Positions 12,915-24,625 of a stretch of 64,000 nt of DNA are shown here, piece by piece. The stretch is from the NCBI RefSeq assembly GCF_001677475.2, contig NZ_CP015229.1; one strand, 5' to 3'. The position numbers were made by a program, and so were the translations under genes. This DNA is from Escherichia coli. Lineage in GTDB: Bacteria; Pseudomonadota; Gammaproteobacteria; Enterobacterales; Enterobacteriaceae. Under the pieces are notes generated by a model. It was not told the DNA's origin, made no database searches, and saw nothing but the letters and a program-made list of their open reading frames with translations. The first letter of the stretch is position 1. The number at the start of each line of letters is the position of its first letter.

Positions 12915-14888
12915 TCATCTCTGGAACACACACAATCCGTGTGCAGGTCCCTGCCAGACAGCCGTAATCACTGGGTTATCCTCTCCAGCGAATGGGGGAA
13001 TGGCGTGCCACTCCCCAGCAGGTAAAACAATCTCTGTTACCTCAAGCGTGGCGTTAATTGCGATCAAAAAGCGATCCGAGAGCAGAATTTGCAGCTGTTT
13101 CGGCCCGTTTTGCCACTCATCCGTGCTTAAAGGTTGAGCATATCGATTTAGCCAACGGACATTGCCGTCGCCTTCTTCCCACCAGCGATTCTCCACCAAA
13201 GCGGGAATGCGCTTGCGCAGATGGATTAACGCGGCGGTAAATGCGGTTAAACCACTGCTTGCCTGCGACCAGTCCAACCAGGTTAATTGGTTATCCTGAC
13301 AGTAGGCATTGTTATTGCCATGCTGGCTGTGACCATGTTCGTCACCGGCCAGTAACATCGGCGTACCCTGGGAGAGCAACAACGTTGTTAACAGGGCGTG
13401 AATGCTGTCGCGCCGCCGTTCAACCAGGTCAAGAGTACCGCCTAACCCTTCTTTACCATGATTGTTACTGTAATTGTTGTTGGTCCCGTCGCGATTTTCT
13501 TCTCCGTTTGCTTCATTGTGTTTATGGTTGAAACAAACGCAGTCGCGAAGCGTAAAACCGTCATGCGCGGTGACGAGATTAATCGCGGCACTCGGCAGAC
13601 GACCATTACGTTTAAAAACATCGCTGGAGGCAGCAAAACGCCCGGCAAACGCCCCCAGAGGCAAATCATAATGTAGCCAGAAACGACGGGCAGCATCGCG
13701 GAAATGATCGTTCCACTCGGCAAACAGCGGCGGGAAATTTCCCACCTGATAACCACCAGGAGCGATATCCCACGGTTCAGCAATTAACTTCACCTGCGAG
13801 AGCACCGGGCAGTTCTGGATAGCGGTAAACAACGGCGCATCCTGACGGAACTCTGGCGTACGGCCCATGACTGCCGCCAGATCAAAGCGGAAACCATCGA
13901 CGTGGCAGGTTTCTACCCAATAACGCAGGCAGGCGCTGGCATAATCCACCACCGCCGGATGACTCAAATTGAGCGTGTTGCCACAACCGGTCCAGTTGTG
14001 ATAATCGCCGTCTTCTCTTATCCAATAATAGCTACGGTTGTCGATCCCACGCAGCGAGAATAACGGGCCGTCGAGGTCCAGTTCCGCACTATGGTTGAGC
14101 ACGATATCAAGAATGACTTCGATACCCGCTTTATGCAGTGCTTTGATTGCATCGCGAAACTCATCCAGCGCCGTTTCTGGCGAGCAGGCATACGCCGGAT
14201 GCAGCGCAAACATCGCCACCGGGTTATAACCCCAGTAGTTACTTAGACCCATACGTTGCAGGCGTGGTTCGCTGGCAAACTGCGCCACCGGCAGCAGTTC
14301 CAGCGCGGTAATGCCCAACTGTTTCAAATAGTTGATCATCACCGGATGCCCCAGGGCTTTATAAGTGCCACGGATCTCGACTGGGATCTCCGGGTGCAGG
14401 TACGTTAATCCTTTGACATGGGCTTCATAAATGATGGTGCTGCCCCACGGCGTGCGCGGCGGGGCATCATCTTCCCAGTCATAGTGATCAACCACCACTA
14501 CGCATTTCGGCGCAATGGCGGCGTTGTCGCGATAGTCAGGTTCATTATGACCGGCGTGCAGCAGCGGGTTATCTTTAAACTCCCCGTCAATTTGCCGCGC
14601 GCAAGGATCAATCAACAACTTCGCCGGGTTAAAGCGATGCCCCTCGGCGGGTTGCCAGGGGCCATGAACGCGATAACCATAACGCAAACCCGGGCGCGCA
14701 TCCGGCAGATAACCGTGCCAAATGTCGCCACTGTGCCCTGGCAAGTCATAGCGATGTTCCTGGCCATTGGCGTCAAAGACACACAGTTCTACCCGCTCGG
14801 CATGAGCGGAGAAAAGTGTGAAGTTGACGCCCTGACCGTCGTAATGCGCGCCGAGGGGAGCGGGTTTGCCAATGGCGAGTTGTGTCAT
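12915..14888 (-). CDS. glgX: Glycogen debranching enzyme GlgX
   Basis: 657-aa ORF; GH13 isoamylase-type domain; overlaps the glgB stop by 4 nt. Confidence 0.95.
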
Positions 14889-17071
14889 TCTGCCTCCCGA
14901 ACCAGCCAGATAGTGGCCAGCGGTGGTAGCGTCAGGCTTAGTGAATGCTGACGACCGTGGCTGGCAATCTCATCGCTGTGTACCGTGCCGCCATTGCCTG
15001 CATTACTGCCGTGATAGTGCATGGAATCGGTATTGAGGATCTCACGCCATTTGCCCGGCTGATTGATGCCGAAGCGATAATCATGACGCGGCACCGGCGT
15101 AAAGTTACTGGCAACGATGATTTCGTTACCCTCTTTATCGCGACGCACAAAGATCAGCACCGAGCGTTCTTTGTCATCCACCACCAGCCATTCAAAGCCG
15201 TACGGGTCAAAATCCAGTTCATGCATTGCTTTATGGTGGCGGTAGGTGAGGTTCAGATCGCGCACCAGACGCTGGACACCGTGGTGCCAGTTATCGCCGC
15301 CTTCCAACAGATGCCAGTCGAGGCTGGCGTCATGGTTCCACTCGCGGCCCTGGGCAAATTCGTTCCCCATGAACAGCAGTTTCTTGCCCGGGAATGCCCA
15401 CATCCAGCCGTAGTAGGCGCGCAGGTTAGCGAATTTCTGCCATGCGTCGCCCGGCATCCGGTCGAGAATCGATTTTTTACCGTGGACCACTTCATCATGC
15501 GACAACGGCAGGACGAAGTTTTCAGTGTAGTTGTAGAGCATCCCGAAGGTCAGTTTATCGTGATGATACTGACGATAAACCGGGTCGAGCTTCATGTAGT
15601 CCAGGGTGTCATGCATCCAGCCTAGGTTCCACTTGTACCAGAAGCCCAGACCGCCCATATCCTGCGGACGAGAAACGCCTGGGAAATCGGTAGACTCCTC
15701 AGCCATTGTCACCGCACCGGAAACCTGCTCACCAAGAATACGGTTGGTATTACGCAAGAATTCAATCGCTTCAAGATTCTCGCGCCCGCCAAATTCGTTC
15801 GGGATCCACTCCCCCTCTTTACGGCTGTAGTCGCGATAAATCATTGACGCCACCGCATCGACGCGCAGCGCATCAATACCAAAACGTTCAATCCAGTAAA
15901 GCGCGTTACCGACAAGGAAGTTACTGACTTCACGGCGACCATAGTTGTAGATCAGCGTGTTCCAGTCCTGATGATAGCCTTCGCGCGGATCGCTGTGTTC
16001 ATACAAGTTCGTGCCATCAAATTCGGCAAGCGCAAAGTCATCGGTCGGGAAGTGGCCTGGCACCCAGTCGAGAATCACGTTCAGACCAGCTGCGTGTGCA
16101 GCATCAATGAAATAACGGAAGTCGTCGCGAGTACCAAAACGGCGGGTCGGTGCATACAGGCCGGTTGGCTGATAACCCCAACTGCCATCGAAGGGATGCT
16201 CGTTAATGGGCAGTAGCTCGAGATGGGTAAAGCCCATCCATTTAGCATAAGGCACCAGTTGATCGGCCAGCTCGCGGTAGCTCAACCAGAAATTGTTGTC
16301 GGTGTGACGACGCCAGGAGCCCAGGTGAACTTCATAAATAGAGATTGGCGCATCAAACTGATTCGCTTTTTTGCGCTCTTCAGTCTGTACAACCTTTTCC
16401 GGCAGCCCACAAATAAGAGACGCGGTTTCCGGGCGCATTTGCGCTTCGAAGGCATAAGGGTCGGACTTCAGACGCAAGTTGCCATTGGCATCAATCATCT
16501 CGTATTTATAGAGCTGACCGTTATGCGCCCCAGGGATAAACAGTTCCCAGATGCCGCTCTCTTTACGCAGACGCATCGGGTGACGGCGACCGTCCCAGTA
16601 GTTGAATTGCCCAACCACCGAGACCCGACGGGCGTTTGGAGCCCAGACAGAGAAACGCGTACCTGTGACGCCATCCATAGTATCTGCATGCGCGCCTAAG
16701 GTTTCATACGGGCGCAGGTGAGTACCTTCAGATAATAGCCAGGCATCCATTTCCTGGATTAGCGGACCAAAACGGTAAGGATCATCAATCAGGTTTTGCT
16801 GACCATGCCAGACAACAGCCAACTGATAGCGGAAAAAATTCTTACGTCGCGGAATGACACCGCTAAAGAATCCCCGTGAGTCGAGACACTCCAGTTTTGC
16901 GAGTTTGCGCCCGGTTTTCGGTTCAATCACCCACACATCGGTAGCGTCGGGTAAAAGGGCACGGACTTCCAGTCCCGCGGTGGTTTTATGCATCCCCAGT
17001 ACGGAAAAAGGATCCGCAAAATGGCCTGCAATTAGCGCGTTAATCACGTCTCTATCGATACGATCGGACAT
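14885..17071 (-). CDS. glgB: 1,4-alpha-glucan branching enzyme GlgB
   Basis: 728-aa ORF; GH13 branching-enzyme architecture; first gene of glgBX. Confidence 0.95.
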   Translation of the reverse strand: MSDRIDRDVINALIAGHFADPFSVLGMHKTTAGLEVRALLPDATDVWVIEPKTGRKLAKLECLDSRGFFSGVIPRRKNFFRYQLAVVWHGQQNLIDDPYRFGPLIQEMDAWLLSEGTHLRPYETLGAHADTMDGVTGTRFSVWAPNARRVSVVGQFNYWDGRRHPMRLRKESGIWELFIPGAHNGQLYKYEMIDANGNLRLKSDPYAFEAQMRPETASLICGLPEKVVQTEERKKANQFDAPISIYEVHLGSWRRHTDNNFWLSYRELADQLVPYAKWMGFTHLELLPINEHPFDGSWGYQPTGLYAPTRRFGTRDDFRYFIDAAHAAGLNVILDWVPGHFPTDDFALAEFDGTNLYEHSDPREGYHQDWNTLIYNYGRREVSNFLVGNALYWIERFGIDALRVDAVASMIYRDYSRKEGEWIPNEFGGRENLEAIEFLRNTNRILGEQVSGAVTMAEESTDFPGVSRPQDMGGLGFWYKWNLGWMHDTLDYMKLDPVYRQYHHDKLTFGMLYNYTENFVLPLSHDEVVHGKKSILDRMPGDAWQKFANLRAYYGWMWAFPGKKLLFMGNEFAQGREWNHDASLDWHLLEGGDNWHHGVQRLVRDLNLTYRHHKAMHELDFDPYGFEWLVVDDKERSVLIFVRRDKEGNEIIVASNFTPVPRHDYRFGINQPGKWREILNTDSMHYHGSNAGNGGTVHSDEIASHGRQHSLSLTLPPLATIWLVREAE

Positions 17072-17343
17072 GCTTGTCTTCCTGTTTTATTGTGTCACCC
17101 CATCCAACTGGATTTTTGACTTCTGGTTGTGACATTTTTTTGACCTGAACGGCGCAGCACTCTGTGCATCCTCTCTGCGTCGTCCTCACTTCAGGTAAGG
17201 CTGTGAATACTCATGTATTCAGCCACCCTTAAAGAATAGCCAATGCTCTATTTAACTCCCGGTAAATCATGAAACATCTGCGCTTACTCCTGTATTACGC
17301 ACTAACAGGGGCGGCATCGCGCCCCAGATTTAATGAATAAAGA

Positions 17344-18447
17344 TTACGCCAGTTGACGAAGCATCCGACGCAGCGGCTCCGCGGCCCCCCACAGCAGCTG
17401 GTCGCCCACGGTAAAGGCTGACAGGAACTCTGGTCCCATATTCAGCTTACGCAGGCGGCCTACCGGCGTGGTCAGCGTGCCGGTAACGGCAGCTGGGGTT
17501 AGCTCACGCATAGTGATTTCCCGATCGTTCGGAACGACTTTCGCCCACGGATTGTGCGCAGCCAGCAGTTCTTCCACGGTCGGAATAGACACATCTTTTT
17601 TCAATTTAATAGTGAATGCCTGGCTGTGGCAGCGCAATGCCCCGACACGCACACATAAACCATCTACCGGAATTACGGAAGATGTGTTGAGGATCTTGTT
17701 GGTTTCCGCCTGCCCTTTCCACTCTTCGCGGCTCTGACCGTTATCAAGCTGTTTGTCGATCCACGGAATCAGGCTACCCGCCAGCGGCACGCCAAAGTTA
17801 TCCACCGGCAGCTCACCGCTACGGGTTAAGGTTGTGACTTTGCGTTCGATATCGAGAATAGCAGAGGACGGGGTCGCGAGTTCATCTGCCACATGGCTAT
17901 ACAGATGGCCCATCTGGGTTAATAACTCACGCATATGTCGCGCACCACCGCCGGAAGCGGCCTGGTAGGTTGCAACGGACACCCAATCAACAAGATCATT
18001 GGCGAATAAACCACCCAACGACATCAACATCAGGCTTACGGTACAGTTACCGCCAACAAAAGTCCTGATGCCATTATTTAATCCGTCGGTAATGACGTCC
18101 TGATTGACGGGGTCAAGAATGATGATGGCGTCATCTTTCATGCGCAGAGATGATGCTGCGTCAATCCAGTAACCTTGCCATCCGCTTTCACGAAGCTTTG
18201 GATAGATTTCGTTGGTATAATCGCCGCCCTGACAGGTCACAATGATATCGAGGGCCTTTAGCGCCTCCAGATCAAAGGCATCCTGAAGTGTGCCAGTGGT
18301 TCCGCCAAAAGACGGCGCAGCCTGACCAAGCTGAGAAGTAGAAAAGAAGACAGGGCGAATGGCGTCGAAGTCGCGCTCTTCAACCATGCGTTGCATGAGA
18401 ACGGAGCCGACCATACCGCGCCAGCCGATAAAACCAACATTTTTCAT
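17344..18447 (-). CDS. asd: Aspartate-semialdehyde dehydrogenase Asd
   Basis: Track ORF 387 aa; conserved start [17 protein letters not shown] gives 367 aa; catalytic Cys region GGNCTVSLM. Confidence 0.95.
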   Translation of the reverse strand: MKNVGFIGWRGMVGSVLMQRMVEERDFDAIRPVFFSTSQLGQAAPSFGGTTGTLQDAFDLEALKALDIIVTCQGGDYTNEIYPKLRESGWQGYWIDAASSLRMKDDAIIILDPVNQDVITDGLNNGIRTFVGGNCTVSLMLMSLGGLFANDLVDWVSVATYQAASGGGARHMRELLTQMGHLYSHVADELATPSSAILDIERKVTTLTRSGELPVDNFGVPLAGSLIPWIDKQLDNGQSREEWKGQAETNKILNTSSVIPVDGLCVRVGALRCHSQAFTIKLKKDVSIPTVEELLAAHNPWAKVVPNDREITMRELTPAAVTGTLTTPVGRLRKLNMGPEFLSAFTVGDQLLWGAAEPLRRMLRQLA

Positions 18448-18638
18448 AAGCGTTTTTTCCTGCAAAGATGTGTGCTGTATAAATGTGCCGGTCTCCTCTT
18501 GGCACATCTTTCACCATACAAAAAGCAGCCAAAGTCGCAAGTGAAATTAATCAATGATAGCGAAGCCATCAGTAATGCGACTTATCCTGCTTTGTTAGCA
18601 CGCAGAAAGTCCGCGGCAATTATCAGGGAATTTGAGTT

Positions 18639-19232
18639 ATGAATGAAATCATTTCTGCAGCAGTTTTATTGATCCTGATTATGGATCCGCTCGGAAACCT
18701 ACCTATTTTCATGTCCGTACTGAAACATACTGAACCGAAAAGACGGCGGGCAATCATGGTGCGAGAGTTGCTTATTGCTCTCCTGGTGATGCTGGTGTTC
18801 CTGTTTGCGGGTGAGAAAATTCTGGCATTTCTCAGCCTGCGAGCAGAAACCGTTTCCATTTCTGGCGGCATCATTCTGTTTCTGATCGCCATTAAGATGA
18901 TTTTCCCCAGCGCTTCAGGAAATAGCAGCGGGCTTCCGGCAGGTGAAGAGCCGTTTATCGTGCCGTTGGCAATTCCGTTAGTCGCCGGGCCGACTATTCT
19001 CGCCACGCTGATGTTGTTGTCTCATCAGTACCCGAATCAGATGGGACATCTGGTGATTGCTCTGCTGCTGGCCTGGGGCGGCACCTTTGTTATCCTTCTA
19101 CAGTCTTCGCTATTTTTACGTCTGCTGGGCGAGAAAGGGGTGAATGCACTTGAACGCCTGATGGGATTGATTCTGGTGATGATGGCAACCCAGATGTTCC
19201 TCGACGGCATTCGAATGTGGATGAAGGGGTAA
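18639..19232 (+). CDS. yhgN: MarC-family inner membrane protein YhgN
   Basis: 197-aa hydrophobic ORF; position between asd and gntU. Confidence 0.85.
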   Translation: MNEIISAAVLLILIMDPLGNLPIFMSVLKHTEPKRRRAIMVRELLIALLVMLVFLFAGEKILAFLSLRAETVSISGGIILFLIAIKMIFPSASGNSSGLPAGEEPFIVPLAIPLVAGPTILATLMLLSHQYPNQMGHLVIALLLAWGGTFVILLQSSLFLRLLGEKGVNALERLMGLILVMMATQMFLDGIRMWMKG

Positions 19233-19288
19233 CGAGGAGCGTTTTTCGAAAAGAGCCCGGTAGCGTCACAACTACCGGGCGAACAAAC

Positions 19289-20629
19289 TTAACTCAACAG
19301 CTGGAAAGCAATCATCCCAACGATGGCACCGACAGTGCCGAGGATGGTTTCCATCATGGTCCAGGTTTTCAGTGTTTCGGCTTCAGTCGCGCCGGTAAAT
19401 TTACCGAACAACCAGAAACCGGCGTCGTTAACGTGGCTGACAACAATCGAACCACCGGCGATACAAATCGACAGCGCCGCCATTTGCGCACCGGAGTAGT
19501 TCAGTTGTTCAATAACCGGCATCACCAGTCCCACCGCCGTTAAACAGGCAACGGTGGCAGAACCCTGAATGATGCGCACTGCAGCTGCCAGCACGAAGCA
19601 GGTGATGGCAATCGGCAGGCCCATGCCGGTTAACGCTTCGCCCAGTGCCGGACCTACGCCAGAGTCAACCAGCACCTGTTTGAACACGCCGCCTGCACCA
19701 ATCACCAGCAGAATGATCCCCGCCGGTTGCAGCGCGTGACCACAAATTTCCATCACTTTGTCTTTTGGCATGCCCTGACGCATTGCCAGGCCATAAATTG
19801 CTACCAGACAAGCAACCAGAATCGCAGTAAACGGATGACCGATAAACTCAAACCATTCGTAAGCAGTTGATCCTTCTGGTACAAAACGCGCGGCAATGGT
19901 TTTAAGCCCTACCAGTACCAGCGGCAGCAGGATCAGCGACAGGCTAAATCCGAAAGATGGCATTTTGCCTTCACCGAGATGCGGTTCGCTGATGTCGTCA
20001 GGAATATGCAGCTCAACGTAACGGCTGATGAAGTTACCCCACAGCGGCCCGGCAATAATCATTCCCGGAATTGCCGCACACAGGCCAATCAGGATCATCC
20101 AGCCAAAATCGGCGTTCATCTGCGATGCCAGCAGCATTGGCGCAGGTCCAGGCACCAGGAATGCCGCCGCTGCCGCCACGCCTGCGAATAATGGGATTAC
20201 AAGCTTCACCAGGTTCGTACCGGTGTGGCGCGCCATTGAGAAAGCAACGCTAATCAGCAGAACAATCGCCACTTCAAAGAACAGCGGTAGTGCACAGACC
20301 AGCCCCGCAAGGCCGATGGCATAATGCGCGCGGCTGTGACCGAAGGATTTGAGCATTTTGACGGCAATCTGATCGACTGCGCCGGTTTCATGTAAGATCT
20401 TGCCAAACATAGCTCCCAGGGCGACAACCACCGCCAGGAAGCCGAGGGTGCCTCCCATCCCTTTTTCCATCGTCGCTGCGATTTTATCGAGCGGCATACC
20501 GGAAAAAAGGCCAGCCCCCATGGACACCACCATTAAAGCCAGGAAAGCGTGCATACGCGCCTTCATGACTAAAAACAGCAGCAGTAAAACAGACCCTACT
20601 GCTGTTAAAACAAGCGTTAATGTAGTCAC
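19289..20629 (-). CDS. gntU: Low-affinity gluconate:H+ symporter GntU
   Basis: 446-aa polytopic GntP-family ORF; start codon reads as GTG on the minus strand. Confidence 0.9.
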   Translation of the reverse strand: MTTLTLVLTAVGSVLLLLFLVMKARMHAFLALMVVSMGAGLFSGMPLDKIAATMEKGMGGTLGFLAVVVALGAMFGKILHETGAVDQIAVKMLKSFGHSRAHYAIGLAGLVCALPLFFEVAIVLLISVAFSMARHTGTNLVKLVIPLFAGVAAAAAFLVPGPAPMLLASQMNADFGWMILIGLCAAIPGMIIAGPLWGNFISRYVELHIPDDISEPHLGEGKMPSFGFSLSLILLPLVLVGLKTIAARFVPEGSTAYEWFEFIGHPFTAILVACLVAIYGLAMRQGMPKDKVMEICGHALQPAGIILLVIGAGGVFKQVLVDSGVGPALGEALTGMGLPIAITCFVLAAAVRIIQGSATVACLTAVGLVMPVIEQLNYSGAQMAALSICIAGGSIVVSHVNDAGFWLFGKFTGATEAETLKTWTMMETILGTVGAIVGMIAFQLLS

Positions 20630-20632
20630 TAC

Positions 20633-21160
20633 TTATTTGCCTTTTTTAATAACCTCGATGGTGCTTGCCACAACACCTTCCAGCGGTTGATCGATATCCA
20701 CCACCAGTACATCGGTTTCGTCCGCACCCGGCTCCTGCAGCGTTTCAAACTGCGTCACCAACATTTGGGTTTTAAAGAAATGGCCTTTGCGCGCTTTCAG
20801 GCGGCTTTCAATCACATCAAAATCGCCTTTCAGGTAGATGAACGAGAGATTCGGATTACCTTCACGCAGCAAGTCGCGATAGTGTTTTTTCAGTGCAGAA
20901 CAGACGATCAGCGACACTTTATTGGTGCGCTGCATAGCAAACGCGGCGTCGTTCAGCGCCTGCAACCACGGTTTGCGATCGTCGTCATTCAGCGGTTCAC
21001 CAGACGCCATTTTTTCGATATTGCGCCGTGGATGGAGGAAATCGCCATCAAGAAACGCGGCATGAAGTTGATGCGCCACTTCACTGGCGACCGCAGATTT
21101 GCCGCTGCCCGATACGCCCATCAGAACGTAAATGTGGTGATCATGGTTAGTCGTGCTCAA
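20633..21160 (-). CDS. gntK: Thermoresistant gluconokinase GntK
   Basis: Walker A GVSGSGKS; conserved N-terminus (M)STTNHDHH begins at a TTG codon 7 codons inside the track ORF; 175 aa. Confidence 0.85.
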   Translation of the reverse strand: MSTTNHDHHIYVLMGVSGSGKSAVASEVAHQLHAAFLDGDFLHPRRNIEKMASGEPLNDDDRKPWLQALNDAAFAMQRTNKVSLIVCSALKKHYRDLLREGNPNLSFIYLKGDFDVIESRLKARKGHFFKTQMLVTQFETLQEPGADETDVLVVDIDQPLEGVVASTIEVIKKGK

Positions 21161-21192
21161 AGTGGTGCCCCCACAATACAAGAATTAAAAAT

Positions 21193-21222
21193 GTTACGGG
21201 TAACTGTTATCGGTAACATTGT
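21193..21222. promoter_or_regulatory. GntR operator(s) in the gntKU promoter
   Basis: Two adjacent palindromic motifs atgttacgggtaac / gttatcggtaacat just upstream of gntK. Confidence 0.5.
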
Positions 21223-21298
21223 CCAGCCGGACAATATCAGAAGCAATATCCATCCGTGCCTTAAGTGTATAAGTGTGAGCTACTTCAAATTTGTAGGC

Positions 21299-22294
21299 TT
21301 AAATAGATCCGCCCGGTGACAAGGTGAAACCTAAATCTAACATTTTCGGTGTCACAGATTCGCCACGAATACGCGCCAGCAGGCGTTCAGCGCCAATACT
21401 GCCCATCCGCTCACGCGGCGTCAGTACGCTCGCCAACCGTGGTTCCATCACCTGACCAATGTCATGACCATGGAAACCGGCAATCGCCATATCGTCAGGA
21501 ACTTTCAACCCCAGACGCTGGCATTCAAACGCCGCGCCGACTGCCAGGTCATCATTAGTACAGAACACGCCATCCAGCTGCGGATATTCCCGCCTCGCCT
21601 GGCGAATCAGTTCAATACCGGAAGAGTAAGAAGAAGATTGCTCAACCATCACGCTATATGGCACCAGGCCTGCATCCAGCATCGCCTGTTCGTATCCCTT
21701 CTGTTTGATGATAGTACGTTCGTCGAGACGTGCGCCGAGATAGGCAATGTGGCGATGCCCGCGAGCAATAATGGCGGTGGTCATCTGCCGTGCCGCTTCA
21801 AAGTTATCAAAACCGACGGCGATATCGAGGCACGGCGACTGGCTGTCCATCAACTCCACCACCGGGATCCCCGCCACTTCAATCATCTTTAAGGTGCGCG
21901 GCGTGTGGGTACGTTCGGTGAGGATCAGTCCGTCGATATTCCATGAGAGCATTGATTCGAGGCGTTCTTGCTCCATTTCCGGTTTATAACCGTAGTGGGC
22001 CAGCATGGTCTGATAACCGTGCGCGTCGGTGACGCTTTCGATTCCGCGTAATACTTCCGCGAAAACCTGGTTGGTGAGAGAAGGTAACAGGACGCCAATC
22101 GCCCGGCTGGTGGCGTTAGAGAGGATATCGGGCGCACGATTGGGAATATAGCCCAGTTCATCAAGAGCGGCGGCAATCTTGCCGCGTAGAGCGACGGAAA
22201 CCTGCTCCGGGTTGCGTAAAAAACGGCTGACCGTCATTTTGGTCACGCCTACACGGTCAGCCACATCCTGAAGTACGGGTCTTTTCTTTTTCAT
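21299..22294 (-). CDS. gntR: LacI-family gluconate repressor GntR
   Basis: 331-aa ORF; N-terminal HTH (VTKMTVSRFLRNP) plus periplasmic-binding-like effector domain. Confidence 0.95.
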   Translation of the reverse strand: MKKKRPVLQDVADRVGVTKMTVSRFLRNPEQVSVALRGKIAAALDELGYIPNRAPDILSNATSRAIGVLLPSLTNQVFAEVLRGIESVTDAHGYQTMLAHYGYKPEMEQERLESMLSWNIDGLILTERTHTPRTLKMIEVAGIPVVELMDSQSPCLDIAVGFDNFEAARQMTTAIIARGHRHIAYLGARLDERTIIKQKGYEQAMLDAGLVPYSVMVEQSSSYSSGIELIRQARREYPQLDGVFCTNDDLAVGAAFECQRLGLKVPDDMAIAGFHGHDIGQVMEPRLASVLTPRERMGSIGAERLLARIRGESVTPKMLDLGFTLSPGGSI

Positions 22295-22517
22295 CGTCCT
22301 GAAGGTACAAAAGAGATAGATTCTCTTAGTTTAACACGGACGCCTCAGAACCTTCCCGGGGAAAACAGTGCTTGTTTACAATTATTAGATATACACTAAA
22401 TCAATTGCATCGCATTGTGCTAACGACGCGGCAAAACCCCGGAAGCGTACATCAGCACGCGACCGGAGCGAGCGAGGAAGCCTGCAAAAAGGCAGGCTTC
22501 AAAGATGCCGTTGAGTT

Positions 22518-23213
22518 TTAAACCGGCGGCAGATCGAACAGTAACACTTCGCTGTCGCTATCCGCATGGATGGAGATTGCCTGCTCATCCCAGATTGCCA
22601 GACCATCGCTGGTCGAGGCTTTCACGCCGTTAATGGTGACATTGCCTTTCACCACCTGGATCCAGACGCGGCGTTCAGCGGCAATCTGATGCACCGACTG
22701 CTCATCTTTCAGCAATGCCCAACGATACAGTTCCATATCCTGATGCACTTTCAGCGAACCATCTCGCGCATCCGGCGAGAGCACCAGCTGTTTGCCCTGT
22801 ACGGCATCGAAGCGACGCTGTTCATAACGCGGCGTAATGCCGTTTTCTTCAGGCATGATCCAGATCTGATACAGATGCAGACGCTCGGTGCTGCTTGGGT
22901 TGTACTCAGAGTGACGGATACCCGTACCCGCACTCATAATCTGGAACTCACCCGCCGGAACCTGCTCTTTATTGCCCATGCTGTCCTGATGTTCAACAGT
23001 ACCTTCCAGCACGTAGGTCAAAATTTCCATATCTTTATGCGGGTGAGTGCCGAAGCCCTGCCCTGCTTCAATCACGTCGTCATTAATCACGCGCAGCGCG
23101 GAGAAACCCATAAAGTTCGGATCGTAATAGTTGGCAAAAGAGAAAGTATGCCAGGAGTCCAGCCAGCCATGATTTGCATGACCACGTTCATTTGCTTTGC
23201 GTAAGTAGATCAT
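22518..23213 (-). CDS. yhhW: Pirin-like cupin (quercetin 2,3-dioxygenase) YhhW
   Basis: 231-aa ORF; cupin metal-binding His motif (GFGTHPHKDMEI). Confidence 0.9.
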   Translation of the reverse strand: MIYLRKANERGHANHGWLDSWHTFSFANYYDPNFMGFSALRVINDDVIEAGQGFGTHPHKDMEILTYVLEGTVEHQDSMGNKEQVPAGEFQIMSAGTGIRHSEYNPSSTERLHLYQIWIMPEENGITPRYEQRRFDAVQGKQLVLSPDARDGSLKVHQDMELYRWALLKDEQSVHQIAAERRVWIQVVKGNVTINGVKASTSDGLAIWDEQAISIHADSDSEVLLFDLPPV

Positions 23214-23335
23214 TTGTATTCGCCCCCTGAATGTTTTCGATGGGCTTAGTGTGGACCCGATCTGCCTGGGATGATAGAGGGTGAAAATTGACCCCTCTGT
23301 TCAAAAAAATTGAACTATTCGAGGGGCCATCAAAC

Positions 23336-24373
23336 TTACTTCGCGAGAGTCACTGTGGAGGGAGAAGCTTGCTCAAAACCGCGTTCAAGGATTTCCAGAT
23401 TGGTAAGAACTTCAGATTCCTTGACGTAATTTGGCGCACCGTTGGTGATGGTTTGGTACAACGCATCATAAACGCGCCCATAATCGCCCATTTCTGGCTT
23501 CATCTCTTCTCTGACCGTCACGCCCTCTTCATTGACATACTCCAGCACACCGACCGAATCATCCGCCGCGAATCCCGGTTCGCCCGGCATAATATTAGCC
23601 TTCAGGCTGGTTTCCTGCTGGTCGATACCGTATTTAATAAACGAACCTTTCTTACCGTGAACGATAAATTTCGGATAATCGATTTTCACCAGATGGCTGG
23701 TTTTGACGATGGCTTTCAGGTCGCCATAAAACAGCTGCGCTTCAAAGGTGTCGTCAGGATTGGCTTTATTACGCAGGCTGCGGATGTCATAAGCGACGTG
23801 ATCCGGGCGACCGAACAGAGAAATAATCTGGTCCATCGTATGCACACCAAGGCCATAGAACGCGCCATCCTGCGGCAACCCAGGTTTGGTTTCTGCCACC
23901 GGGCGGTAATAGTCAAAATGGCTTTCCACTTCGACAATCTCTCCCAGCTTGCCGCTTTCAATCGCTTTTTTCGCTGTCAGGAAGCAGGAATCAAAACGAC
24001 GATTCTGATACGGCGTGACGGTCAACCCTTTGCTTTTCGCCAGTGCAAAAAGCTCTTTCGCCTGCGCAAGCGTCGGGGTGAACGGTTTTTCGACCAGCAC
24101 ATTTTTCCCGGCTTCCAGCGCGCGTTTCGCGTACTCGAAGTGGCTGTCCGCGTGGGTGCAGACAACAACCAGCTTAACATCGGGATCGTTTAGCACTTCG
24201 TCGAGATCGCTGGTGAAATGGATATGGGAATAAATGGGAGCCTGTTCTTCCGGCTTCGCATGGCGACGAAAAATATGCGCGACATGCCAGCTATCCTTGC
24301 GGTTAAGTACATACGGCAGATGGTAACGGGTGGTGCTTTTGCCGAAGCCAATAAAGGCGCAGTTGATGACCAT
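23336..24373 (-). CDS. yhhX: Gfo/Idh/MocA-family NAD(P)-dependent oxidoreductase YhhX
   Basis: 345-aa ORF; N-terminal Rossmann fold (INCAFIGFGKSTTRYHLP). Confidence 0.9.
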   Translation of the reverse strand: MVINCAFIGFGKSTTRYHLPYVLNRKDSWHVAHIFRRHAKPEEQAPIYSHIHFTSDLDEVLNDPDVKLVVVCTHADSHFEYAKRALEAGKNVLVEKPFTPTLAQAKELFALAKSKGLTVTPYQNRRFDSCFLTAKKAIESGKLGEIVEVESHFDYYRPVAETKPGLPQDGAFYGLGVHTMDQIISLFGRPDHVAYDIRSLRNKANPDDTFEAQLFYGDLKAIVKTSHLVKIDYPKFIVHGKKGSFIKYGIDQQETSLKANIMPGEPGFAADDSVGVLEYVNEEGVTVREEMKPEMGDYGRVYDALYQTITNGAPNYVKESEVLTNLEILERGFEQASPSTVTLAK

Positions 24374-24494
24374 GATTTCGTCCTTTTTAAGGTGATTATT
24401 TACACCTTAGCGCAAAGCGGACGTGGTTCCTACTGGAGTGCGCATAACGAACACAAGCACTTCCCGTGGATAAATTGAAAACGAAAGATCAAAA

Positions 24495-24584
24495 AAAAGC
24501 CAGCACCCGGCTGGCTAAGTAATACTGGAAGCAATGTGAGCAATGTCGTGCTTTCAGGTTCTCCGCGAGGGTCTTCCTGATCGC
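24495..24584 (-). ncRNA. ryhB: Iron-responsive small RNA RyhB
   Basis: Minus-strand sequence GCGATCAGGAAGACCCTCGCGGAGAACCTGAAAGCACGACATTGCTCACATTGCTTCCAGTATTACTTAGCCAGCCGGGTGCTGGCTTTT matches RyhB as I recall it, including the terminator hairpin and U-tail; ends are approximate. Confidence 0.9.
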
Positions 24585-24587
24585 GAG

Positions 24588-24625
24588 ACAATAATAATCA
24601 TTCTCATTCGCACTTGTCCAACACT
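24588..24625 (-). promoter_or_regulatory. ryhB promoter with Fur box
   Basis: AT-rich Fur-box-like sequence (minus strand aatgagaatgattattattg) immediately upstream of the RyhB 5' end. Confidence 0.65.

Noticed and set aside
14945-15625. 226-aa plus-strand ORF
   Set aside because: Antisense to glgB; no recognisable domain; glgB reads through the whole interval.
17072-17343. Possible intrinsic terminator of asd (GC-rich hairpin ggggcggcatcgcgcccc)
   Set aside because: The hairpin is not followed by a U-tract on the asd strand, so I did not call it a terminator; the interval probably holds the glgB promoter region.
20633-21181. Possible N-terminal extension or frameshift of gntK (track ORF 182 aa against an expected 175 aa)
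   Set aside because: The extra 7 codons come from the ORF caller extending to an upstream alternative start; the conserved N-terminus begins at an in-frame TTG, so no frameshift is needed.
23288-24193. 301-aa plus-strand ORF
   Set aside because: Antisense to yhhX; repetitive R/F-rich translation typical of a non-coding frame.
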